A stretch of DNA of 64,000 nt from Verrucomicrobiaceae bacterium (GTDB taxonomy: Bacteria > Verrucomicrobiota > Verrucomicrobiia > Verrucomicrobiales > Verrucomicrobiaceae): the NCBI GenBank assembly GCA_046346695.1, contig JAXMHS010000004.1, positions 98,085-162,084 on the forward strand. Direction: 5' to 3'. The translations under genes were made by a program, and so were the position numbers. Under the pieces are notes generated by a model. It saw only the letters and a program-made list of their open reading frames with translations, did not search any database and was not told where the DNA came from. Position 1 is the stretch's first letter. Each line of letters opens with the position of its first letter. Shown here piece by piece: positions 46,006 to 57,332 of this stretch.

Positions 46006-46098
46006 TGGCGGAGAGAGAGGGATTCGAACCCTCGGTACGGCTTTTGACCGTACAACGCTTTAGCAAAGCGCCGCTTTCGACCACTCAGCCATCTCTCC
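46006..46098 (-). tRNA. tRNA-Ser(GCT)
   Basis: GGAGAGATGGCTGAGTGGTCGAAAGCGGCGCTTTGCTAAAGCG...GGTTCGAATCCC..CTCCGCCA; long variable arm; encoded CCA. Confidence 0.97.
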
Positions 46099-46186
46099 GT
46101 TGCTCGCCTGCCGGGTGGGCTTGCGAGGGGCGTATTTAGCGTGTTCCGAGGGATTGCGTCAAACGAAATTCACCCTCGCGCCGAAC

Positions 46187-46861
46187 TCATTTCACGAGGA
46201 GATCGGGACGGTTTGCCTGCGTTCGTTCCAGCGCCATCTGCGCCCGCCATTCGGCGATCTTGGCGTGATTGCCGCTGGTCAGCACCTCCGGCACCTGCAG
46301 GCCGCGATATTCGGCCGGTTTGGTGTATTGCGGAGCCTCCAGCAGGCCGCTGGCGCCGAAGCTTTCCTCCACCGCGCTCATCTCATCTCCGAGCACACCC
46401 GGCAGGAGGCGCACCACGGCATCCATGACCACCACGGCGGCAATCGCTCCATTGGTCAGCACATAATCGCCGATGCTGATCTCCTCATCCACCCAGTGGT
46501 CGATGATGCGCTGGTCCACGCCTTCATAGTGTCCGGACAGGAAGATCAGATGCGGTTCCGCGGCCAGCCGCTGCGCCGTGGCTTGATCAAATCGCTTTCC
46601 GGCCGGTGACAGGTAAATGATCCGCGCCTCGGGCGTGTCGATGCGGTCCAGCGCCTCGAACACCGGCTCAGGGCGGATCACCATCCCCTGCCCGCCTCCG
46701 TAGGGTGTGTCATCCACGTGACGGTGTTTTCCCAGCCCGTGCTCACGCAAATCATGCACGCGGAGGTCGAGGATGCCCTTTTCCTGCGCACGCCCCATGA
46801 TGCTCAGGCCCATCGGCACCGAGACAAGTTCCGGAAACAGCGTGACCACATCGATTCGCAT
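46187..46861 (-). CDS. trmD: tRNA (guanine-N1)-methyltransferase
   Basis: MRIDVVTLFPE, VDDTPYGGGQGM, GHYEGVDQR, ISIGDYVLTNG, PQYTKP. Confidence 0.96.
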   Translation of the reverse strand: MRIDVVTLFPELVSVPMGLSIMGRAQEKGILDLRVHDLREHGLGKHRHVDDTPYGGGQGMVIRPEPVFEALDRIDTPEARIIYLSPAGKRFDQATAQRLAAEPHLIFLSGHYEGVDQRIIDHWVDEEISIGDYVLTNGAIAAVVVMDAVVRLLPGVLGDEMSAVEESFGASGLLEAPQYTKPAEYRGLQVPEVLTSGNHAKIAEWRAQMALERTQANRPDLLVK

Positions 46862-46921
46862 GCCCGCGTTATGCCGCAGGCTGTCCGGCACGGCAAGCTC
46901 TGCATTCTTGGGGAATGAGCC

Positions 46922-46949
46922 TTGACGCTTCGGGCCGCGCTTCTACTAT
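46922..46949 (+). promoter_or_regulatory. sucC promoter
   Basis: TTGACG-N16-TACTAT. Confidence 0.65.
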
Positions 46950-46969
46950 CGCGCTCCCCTTTCTCCCCC

Positions 46970-48151
46970 ATGAACATCCACGAGTATCAGGCCAAGCAGT
47001 TGTTTGAAAAATTCGGCGTCGCCAGCCCCAAGGGCATCGTTGCCAGCACAGCGGAGGAAGCAGGCAGTGCCGCACGTGAGATCGGTGGCCCGGGCCTCGT
47101 GGTGAAGGCACAGATTCATGCCGGCGGTCGTGGCAAAGGCACCTTCAAAAATGGCTTCAAAGGCGGCGTTCATGTGGTGGACGCTCCCGAGCAGGCGAAG
47201 GACATCGCGGGCAAGATGCTCGGCCAGACGCTTGTCACGCATCAGACCGGCGCTGACGGCAAGCTGGTGAGCAAGGTCCTCATCGCAAAGGCCGTGGACA
47301 TCACGAAGGAATACTACTTCGCCATCCTGTTCGACCGCGGCAGCAGCGGCCACGCCATCATCGCCAGCACTGAGGGTGGCATGAACATCGAGGACGTGGC
47401 GGCAAAGACGCCGGAGAAGATCATCAAGGAGTTCATTCATCCGACCCTCGGCCTGCAGGGTTATCAGTGCCGCAAAATCGCGGCGGCGCTCGGTTTGCGC
47501 GGCGCCTTGATGAACCAGGCGGTGAAACTTTTCTCCGCCATGTGGAACCTGTATTCGAAGTGCGACTGCTCGCTCGTGGAGATCAACCCCCTGGCCGTCA
47601 CCACCGACAACCAGCTCGTGGCGCTGGATGCAAAGTTCAACTTCGACGACAACGCGCTTTACCGCCAGAAGGACATCGTGGCCATGCGTGACAAGAGCGA
47701 GGAAGACCCGCGCGAAGTCGCCGCCAGCGAATACGAGCTGAACTACATCGGCCTCGACGGCAACATCGCCTGCCTCGTCAACGGCGCGGGCCTCGCCATG
47801 TCCACGATGGACATCATCAAGTTCCACGGCGGCGAGCCCGCCAACTTCCTCGATGTTGGCGGCGGCGCGACGAAGGAACAGGTCACCGCGGCCTTCAAGA
47901 TCATCCTCGGCGATCCGAATGTGAAGGGTATCTTGGTGAACATCTTCGGCGGCATCATGGACTGCAACATCATCGCCACCGGCATCATCGCCGCAGCTCA
48001 GGAGACGCACCTGAACATCCCGCTCGTGGTCCGGCTCGAAGGCAACAACGTCGAGGCCGGCAAGGCCACCCTGGCCGCCAGCGGTCTGGCCATCACCAGC
48101 GCCAGCGACCTGACCGACGCGGCGAAGAAAATCGTCGCCGCAGTGAACTGA
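46970..48151 (+). CDS. sucC: Succinyl-CoA synthetase beta subunit
   Basis: [48 protein letters not shown]. Confidence 0.97.
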   Translation: MNIHEYQAKQLFEKFGVASPKGIVASTAEEAGSAAREIGGPGLVVKAQIHAGGRGKGTFKNGFKGGVHVVDAPEQAKDIAGKMLGQTLVTHQTGADGKLVSKVLIAKAVDITKEYYFAILFDRGSSGHAIIASTEGGMNIEDVAAKTPEKIIKEFIHPTLGLQGYQCRKIAAALGLRGALMNQAVKLFSAMWNLYSKCDCSLVEINPLAVTTDNQLVALDAKFNFDDNALYRQKDIVAMRDKSEEDPREVAASEYELNYIGLDGNIACLVNGAGLAMSTMDIIKFHGGEPANFLDVGGGATKEQVTAAFKIILGDPNVKGILVNIFGGIMDCNIIATGIIAAAQETHLNIPLVVRLEGNNVEAGKATLAASGLAITSASDLTDAAKKIVAAVN

Positions 48152-48211
48152 ACTGGAACGCAGCCTGTGCTGCCATTTCTTGTGTCGTGGCGCTTCTTAG
48201 GCCTTGCGCGG

Positions 48212-48994
48212 CTACCGCACCAGTCGGCGAAACTCGCTCAAAGCGAAATTGCCCAGCCGGTTCAGCCGGTTGCGCAGAATTTGCAGCGGCGTCTTGTCCA
48301 CGAAAAAGGTGAGCAGGATCGAGTCACGCGTCTGCACCTCGGGCCCCACGGTGTCCACTGAATGATACGTGTGCCGGTCCACCGCGAACGCATAGCCGGT
48401 GTTTGGCGAGAAGGACATCTGCGCGGCCCGCTCCAGGGCGTTCTCGCTGTTGATCTTGTAAAAGACGGTGCCCACATGCTCGATGGAACGATCCGGCGGC
48501 AGATAAAGCTGGATCGTCATGCCCTTCCAATGCGTGTCCGGATGAAGGCCAATGCTGTAACCCGGCACGTCCCTTGTCAGAATCGGAATGGGATACATGC
48601 GCACCCTCGTGTAGTCCGGCCCAAAACGCTTTTCGAGACCCGGCGCGAGCCGCTGCCGGAACGCCTCGCGAACTTCCTTCGAGCAGAGCACCTTGCCCAC
48701 CACCTCCCAGACTTCTCGCTTCTCCCGCGGCAGGCGCCGGATGTATTCCGGCAGCAGGTCGATCTTCGTGCGTGTGCCGCTCCCATCATTCGTCCGCGTG
48801 GATTTGGCAGCGCCGGACATCTGGCGATAGTCCCCCTTGACCGGCATCGCGCTCAACAAGGCCGCATACATGTCCGCCGGAAACACATCGACGAGCCGCA
48901 AATGAAAAAACGGCTCGTCACTCTGCTCCGCGGCGTGAATGGCGCCCACCACATGCTGGATGAGGTTCTGGATGTTGCTGCTCTTGTTCGTCAT
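48212..48994 (-). CDS. 2OG-Fe(II) oxygenase-family protein
   Basis: GYSIGLHPD (HxD), QLYLP, GTVFY, FSPNTGYAF, YHSV, RDSILL; start uncertain. Confidence 0.75.
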   Translation of the reverse strand: MTNKSSNIQNLIQHVVGAIHAAEQSDEPFFHLRLVDVFPADMYAALLSAMPVKGDYRQMSGAAKSTRTNDGSGTRTKIDLLPEYIRRLPREKREVWEVVGKVLCSKEVREAFRQRLAPGLEKRFGPDYTRVRMYPIPILTRDVPGYSIGLHPDTHWKGMTIQLYLPPDRSIEHVGTVFYKINSENALERAAQMSFSPNTGYAFAVDRHTYHSVDTVGPEVQTRDSILLTFFVDKTPLQILRNRLNRLGNFALSEFRRLVR

Positions 48995-49132
48995 TGGAAT
49001 CGCCGCTGCATGGCTTCCCCAGCCTGCCATGATCAGCTCGAAGGAGCAACGCTTCAATGACACATCAACTTCAACCAAAGAATCTCACAGACATCCACGC
49101 ACCCGCAAAGAACGCTCTTGACCAACCTCATG

Positions 49133-49165
49133 GACGTTGCGTTGCCTGCATCCGTTTTGTTCGTC
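49133..49165 (-). other. Decayed attC half-site, same family as attC1
   Basis: CGAACAAAACGGATGCAGGCAACG (24 nt) identical to 35802-35825, then GCAACGTC as in attC1 after an internal deletion. Confidence 0.7.
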
Positions 49166-49170
49166 CCGCA

Positions 49171-49370
49171 TCACTTGGATTTCTTGTCGGTTGCTTCCTT
49201 CGTCTCGAACCCCAAGAGTGTTTCTCGCTGTTTCGTACGAGGCATCACGCCAAACCATATGCTGGTGTTTGACCTGCTCCCGAAGGTTGAGCCAGACTTT
49301 ATGAGAGTCTGGAGGTGGCTGGCGGCTTGGTTTGAGTGTTGGGTTTGGGTGGGGGATTGCGTTGCCCAGC
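49171..49370 (-). pseudogene. 3' remnant of a cassette-like gene
   Basis: Reading frame ends ...EATDKKSK* just before the decayed attC; 5' part replaced by the IS3 relic. Confidence 0.4.
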
Positions 49371-49530
49371 ACTTTTGCCTCGGCCAGCGTGGCGAAGACT
49401 TCGAGGTCGAGCAGTTCATCGCGCAGGCGGCTGTTGAAGCTCTCGCTGCAGGCGTTCTGCAACGGGCTGCCTGGCTGGCGATCCATTCGCGCACGGCTTT
49501 GGCGATGAACTCCGGAACGTTGTCGCTGCA
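49371..49530 (-). pseudogene. IS3-family transposase fragment (frameshifted)
   Basis: CSDNVPEFIAKAVREWI then, in another frame, PGSPLQNACSESFNSRLRDELLDLEVFATLAEAKVL. Confidence 0.8.
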
Positions 49531-49584
49531 GATGAACTGGCTTTCGGCAGAGGATGCCTCAAATCGGCACGTCATGTCAAAACT
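49531..49584. repeat. 54-bp direct repeat, copy 1
   Basis: 48/54 identical to 50567-50620; minus strand carries TTGACA-N18-CATCCT. Confidence 0.85.
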
Positions 49585-49693
49585 CGGGAGGCTGGGTAGT
49601 GTCTTGGACACTACCGGCTGAGGAGCAGGCAACGAAAAGAATGCTTGGCAAAGAGGGGGGTGAATGGGTAACATCATCGTGTTCACCCCTCGA

Positions 49694-50374
49694 ATGTCCG
49701 ATGGATCCGAAGACCTTTGCAGAACAGATGCGTCAGGCACGCTTGAAGTCGCCCTTGCTCAAACGCGAGCAGGCGCTGAAGCAATTCGCCGAGGTGGAGG
49801 CCTATTTGGTTCGACACAGCTTGCGGCCGAATGCGAGGCTCTCCGCCAGTGGGCAGAAAGCGCGGGGTATTTGAGGAGCTTTGAAGAAACCGCCCGTCCT
49901 CCCGATGCCTTCGGGTATGAGCACGAGGTCTGGTTTCCTCCATCCGGCGAACAAAGCGGGCAGGTCATCAAGGCGACCTATGGAAACTGCTTTGGCCATC
50001 TGCCCGACGGCAGCGAGGCGACGCCTCTCGGCTACTTGGAGCGCCTGCGGCTGTGCAATGAAGTGCTGGGGGACCAAATTCGCCTGCTCGGCGTGGACGA
50101 GTTTCGCCCAGGCGTGATTCGCGTGATCACGAGCCAGCCCGCGATCGAAGGCCACCCAGCCGAGTCGGAGGAAGTCGTGCAGTTTTTTACCGGCTCTGGT
50201 TTTGAGAAACGCCGCTGGGGCGCGAACACCGTCTGGTTCCGTCCGGTGGACAATCTCGTCGCCTCGGACACGCATGGTGGGAATGTGCTGCGCACTGCCA
50301 GCGGCGCCTTGGTGGCCATTGATGTGCCGCTCATGATCTGGCATCCAGGCATGAAACCGCTCGATGCGGTGTAA
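49694..50374 (+). CDS. Stand-alone Kinase-PolyVal-like protein (kinase domain of polyvalent proteins)
   Basis: GYEHEVW, VIK, YLERLRLCNEVLGD, ITSQPAIEG, SDTHGGNVL..G.L..ID catalytic-loop pattern. Confidence 0.75.
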   Translation: MSDGSEDLCRTDASGTLEVALAQTRAGAEAIRRGGGLFGSTQLAAECEALRQWAESAGYLRSFEETARPPDAFGYEHEVWFPPSGEQSGQVIKATYGNCFGHLPDGSEATPLGYLERLRLCNEVLGDQIRLLGVDEFRPGVIRVITSQPAIEGHPAESEEVVQFFTGSGFEKRRWGANTVWFRPVDNLVASDTHGGNVLRTASGALVAIDVPLMIWHPGMKPLDAV

Positions 50375-50391
50375 CCCACGGAGCGCGGCAT

Positions 50392-50562
50392 TCATGCTGC
50401 CACCATGCTGAAACAGGACACGAAGTTCGCGACGATGTAGAACTGGCCGATCTCCTGCGGCAGCGCGTCCAAGATCGGCGGCGGTGCAGGCGCAGGCTCC
50501 TCAGCACGCAGCAGCAGGCAGGCGGAAAGGGGCAGCGTCAGGATGAGGTGTGGCGCATGCAT
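50392..50562 (-). pseudogene. Short or truncated secreted-protein gene
   Basis: Signal-peptide-like MHAPHLILTLPLSACLLLRA-EEPAP; only 56 aa; directly behind the promoter in repeat copy 2. Confidence 0.4.
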
Positions 50563-50566
50563 GGCG

Positions 50567-50620
50567 GATGAACTGGCTTTCCGCAGAGGATGCCTCAAAA
50601 CGCCTCGTCGTGTCAAGACT
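50567..50620. repeat. 54-bp direct repeat, copy 2
   Basis: See copy 1; 1036 bp apart. Confidence 0.85.
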
Positions 50621-50628
50621 GTGAGCCA

Positions 50629-50787
50629 GGAGCGCGGACTTCAGTCCGCAGCACTCCACCAGCATAACCAGTTCCGCGCTCGTCCTTCACCTCTGTTCCA
50701 CCGAGGATCACACTGCTTGCAGCATCGAACACTCGATTCGCTCCCGCCATTCGTGAACAACCTGCTGCGGACTAAAGTCCGCGCTCC
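50629..50787. repeat. 159-bp REP doublet (REPIN/BIME-like), left of RAYT
   Basis: GGAGCGCGGACTTCAGTCCGC ... GCGGACTAAAGTCCGCGCTCC. Confidence 0.9.
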
Positions 50788-50828
50788 TTTCGCTTGCGAC
50801 GCATCCGACGATTTGATTCCATGTTCGC

Positions 50829-51500
50829 ATGAGCGAACCGAATCCGCGCCGCCCAGGCCCACCACACCATCCCGAAGTGCGGGAAGTGGTGCGTCGGCAG
50901 CGTGAGGTGTCGCAGAATCCAACTCGCGAGGAGCAGAGGGCTGGCTTTCGCGGCTGGAACGAGCGTGGTTACGTCCCGCATCGCGATGAACCGGGCCTGA
51001 CGCAGTTCGTCACCTTCCGTCTGGCCGACAGCTTTCCCGCCGAGCTTCGCGATGAGTGGGAAAAGCTGTTAAAGATCGAGGACGATCGCGAACGCCGCAC
51101 GCAATTGGAGGCGTGGCTCGATCTCGGCCACGGCGTGTGTCATTTGAAGGATGTGCGGATCGCGCAGCTTGTGGCAGAAGCGCTGCGGAAGTTCGACAGC
51201 GAGCGTTACCGCCTGATCGCCTTCACGATCATGCCAAATCACGTGCATGTCTTGTTCGAGGTCGGCGAGACGCCGATGGCGAAGGTTGTGCGTGATTGGA
51301 AAGGCACGACGGCCCGCGCCGCGAACGCACTGTTGGGTCTGACCGGCTCGTTCTGGCAGCAGGATTATTGGGACACCTACATGCGCGATGTCGAACACGA
51401 GGAGCAGACGATTCGTTACATCCGGAACAATCCCGTGAAAGCCGGTTTGGTGAACGACTGGCAGCAATGGCCTTGGACCTACGTGCGCCCCAAGGATTGA
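50829..51500 (+). mobile_element. REP-associated tyrosine transposase (RAYT, HUH/Y1)
   Basis: RGYVPH, QFVTFRLADS, IMPNHVHVL (HUH), WKG.TA, FWQQDYWD, YIRNNPVKAGL; REP-flanked. Confidence 0.92.
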
Positions 51501-51659
51501 GGAGCGCGGACTTCAGTCCGCAGCACTCCGCAAGCACCTGTCACGCCGCCGCACCAATTTTCGCCCACCACACCGAGGATCACTCTGCTTGCGGCATCGC
51601 GTGCTCGAGTCGCTCCCGCCATTCGTGAGCAACCCGCTGCGGACTAAAGTCCGCGCTCC
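51501..51659. repeat. 159-bp REP doublet, right of RAYT
   Basis: Same ends, length and orientation as the left copy; the 3' part of the spacer is also conserved. Confidence 0.9.
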
Positions 51660-51846
51660 AGCCGGAACGAGCACGCCGGGAGGTCGGGGACGGGTGGCGC
51701 GAACAGGCGGAGCGATTGGGACGTGGCTGAGAGGAGATTGTCTGTCGCTGGTCAACTGGTTGTACCCTGGCGTCGCTTCCCTGAGAGTTATTGTTGGCTG
51801 CAGTCGCTATTGCTAAACAATGCCTTCGTTTTAGTTTCTAAGCGCG

Positions 51847-53973
51847 ATGAACTATAAATCAAAAAAATCCAGCTACGACAACAGCCTATTTACTCTGCGT
51901 TTCATGGGTGATGGTGGCCTGCCCCCGGAAGTGAGACAGTCAAAAATGTAGTTTCAGCATCCTTGGTTTGTTGATGTTGGGTTTTTCTGTTGCGCTGTCA
52001 AACGCAGCGGAGGTCTCATCGAGCGTAGCGAGATGAGGCCGCAGCGAAGTTTGACAGCGTGCGGCCACCTCCGCCGGGGTTCGGTAGCCCAGCGAGCTGT
52101 GCGGCCGACATTCGTTGTACTCGTGCCGCCAGGCGTCGATGATCACCCTGGCTTCCGCCAGCGTGCCAAAGACTTCGCGGTTGAGGCACTCGTCGCGCAG
52201 CTTGTCGTGGAACGATTCGATATATGCGTTCTCCCACGGCGAGCCGGGCTTGATATAGAGCGTCTTGATGTGCTTCGCTGCGAGCCAGTCCTGGATGGCA
52301 TACGCGACGAACTCCGGTCCGTTGTCACTGCGGATGTGCTCGGGCGTGCCGTGCTTGTGCATGGCCTGCTCCAGCACCATGAGCACATCCTGCGCACGGA
52401 TCACCACGCCACATGCGTGGCAAGGCATTGCCGCGTGTGCTCGTCGATGAGCGTCAGGATGCGGAACGCTCCTCCTGATTCGGTCTGGTCCATCACGAAG
52501 TCCCAGCTCCACACCTGGTTGCGCCGTGCGGCGCTCAGACGCTGTGCCTGATAATAAGCCTGCGTGTGCGTCGCTGACGCTTGCGCACCTGCAGCCCTTC
52601 GGCACGTCTCACGCGTGCCACGCGCTTGGCGTTGATCCGCCTGCCTTCGCGTCTCAGCAGCGCGGTGATGCGCCGGTAGCCGTAGCGCGGATGCTGGCGG
52701 CTCAACTTCACGATGCGGTTGTTCATCCTCCGGCTGCCTTGACTCACTGCCTTCACGCGATAATAGCCCGAACGTGCCAGCCGCACCGCACGACACGCCT
52801 GCGTGATCCTGCCAAGACCACTGTCCACCGCGCAGCGTGCCGCTTGGCGTTTGCTCGCCGGGCTCACCATTTTTTGCGTTCACGAACTTCAAGATGTCGA
52901 TCTGCACGCTGAGGTCCGCGACGATGCGTTTGAGACGCGCGTTCTCTTCGGCAAGAGCACGCGCCTGCCTCAGCTCATCGACCTGCATCCCGCCGTATTT
53001 GCGCTTCCACCCGTAGTAGGTCTGCTCGCTGATGTTGTGCCGTGCGCACACCTCTTTGACCTTCATCCCACCCTGCGCTTCGCGCAGGATGCTCACGATC
53101 TTCTCCTCACTGTGTCTGCTCTTTTTCATGTCGTTCTGTTCTCCTGGTTACGGAGCCAGAACTACATTTTACAACTGTCCTCTTTTCCGGGGGCAGGCCA
53201 ATGGCTTTGATTTGCACGGAGCAAGCATCTACGACTTGGGGATTGCTTTCATGACGTTCCAGAGATTGCTGAACAAGACCTTTCTCTTGACGCGAGATCG
53301 CTTGGAAAAAGGTGCTTTCCCAAAGCGAGACGAACGCCAGTTGTTGGCTCTACAGATCGGCGAAAGGCGGAAAGCTTCTGATGGATACGGCCTTCTGCCA
53401 TTGCTCACTGATCCGACAAATCTTCAGATTCTTCGCTTTGTCGGAGAACAACTAATGGCCGGACTCTTTGGCTATTATGTTCAGGACATCATGAAGCGTC
53501 TCAAACGTGAAGAGAACGACGAAAAGAGGTTCTTTATCGGCTCAATTCATGCAGAAGTTGTGAACATCGTCGGACGAATTGACGCGGCAGGAGGAATCGG
53601 GGCGCTCGAAATAGGTGCTCCTGGAATCAGCCATGCCAAGCCAGTGTTGTTCACAGAAGAAACAAAAAAGTACGTCAACAAGCTCTCCAAAGAACACTTT
53701 CTCGGCCCAAAGCAGACAATTCGTGGAAAACTTGTTAAACTATTGCCAGGGGCGGGCGTGATCGAAATTAACAGCCGTGGACGCGGCAAGGTAAAGGTTC
53801 ATGTAGACACCGAGATTTTCGATCGAGTCCGCTTCGATAAATCTCGATCTGACATGTTGGAGTTTGTGGGACGCCCCATTTTCCCGCTTGGAGCACAATC
53901 ACAGAAGGTTTACGAGTTAGAAGCCTCTGACGTGCGCGTACTTGAGCCAGACCCGACCGATGGAAATTGGTAA
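51847..53973 (+). pseudogene. Unknown 278-aa gene interrupted by IS copy 2
   Basis: Removing the IS and one ATGG TSD restores one frame: MNYKSKKSSYDNSLFTLRFMGDG-FDLHGASIYDLGIAF...PDPTDGNW* (837 nt). Confidence 0.85.
51915..53200 (-). mobile_element. IS3-family (IS407-group-like) copy 2, 1286 bp, frameshifted
   Basis: Same IRs; TSD ATGG (51911-14 / 53201-04); 6 nt shorter than copy 1 (A7 to A6, a 1-nt deletion, and a 10-to-6-nt replacement). Confidence 0.95.
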
Positions 53974-53985
53974 ATGGCTTAAACT

Positions 53986-56733
<2,748 letters not shown>

Positions 56734-56754
56734 GTGCAGGGGAAAAGGAGGCGG

Positions 56755-56782
56755 AGAGTAAAGAGGTGCTCCAAAGGGTCAA
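56755..56782 (-). promoter_or_regulatory. ileS promoter
   Basis: TTGACC-N16-TACTCT on the minus strand. Confidence 0.55.
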
Positions 56783-56870
56783 GGAGTGGTCAGGATGGCC
56801 ATGTGCAAGCCCCTGGACCACGGCTTTGCCGTGTGATTTTCAACCGACAAACCACCTCACCTGCGGGGCA

Positions 56871-57182
56871 TCACTCCGCTTTCTTCCACTGATGCACGAC
56901 GTAGGTCGATGCGGACGCGCCGAGCGCCGTGACGGCCTGCTCCTTGGTGAGACCGGCGGTGGTGGAAGTGACGGTGACCTTTTGCGTGCCGGGTTTGTCG
57001 CCAGGGACGATTTCGACCTTGGAGACTCCCTCAAGCTTGGTGAAGGACTCGGTCACATGCTGTTTGCAGCCGGCGCAGACCATGCCCGTCATCTCGGCCA
57101 CATAAGTCACAGCCTTGGTGTCTCCAGCAAAAGCATTGATGCTGAGAACGGCGGCAAGGATGAGGAAAAGAAAGGCTTTCAT
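56871..57182 (-). CDS. Exported heavy-metal-associated (HMA) domain protein
   Basis: Signal peptide MKAFLFLILAAVLSINAFA; GMVCAGC motif. Confidence 0.85.
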   Translation of the reverse strand: MKAFLFLILAAVLSINAFAGDTKAVTYVAEMTGMVCAGCKQHVTESFTKLEGVSKVEIVPGDKPGTQKVTVTSTTAGLTKEQAVTALGASASTYVVHQWKKAE

Positions 57183-57332
57183 GAGGGCTGTGAAGAGTGG
57201 ATCAATAACGCAAAAGCTCAACGAACCAAGCCCAAGTTTTTTGCAAAGCGAGACGTTGGTTGAAAAGAACTTCGCCGGCACGAGGTTTTTGCGCATCGTT
57301 CCGGACTCAGTTGTGTTTAGCCCACTTCAACC

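Noticed and set aside
52401-53129. 242-aa fused transposase in IS copy 2
   Set aside because: Results from the A7-to-A6 change; after OrfA it runs in a non-transposase frame for most of its length.
53032-53973. 313-aa ORF as an intact gene
   Set aside because: Its first about 55 codons are the antisense IS end; the real start is 51847.
46006-53985. tRNA-Ser-anchored genomic island or prophage
   Set aside because: No integrase, no duplicated tRNA 3' end, and trmD/sucC lie between the tRNA and the accessory segment.
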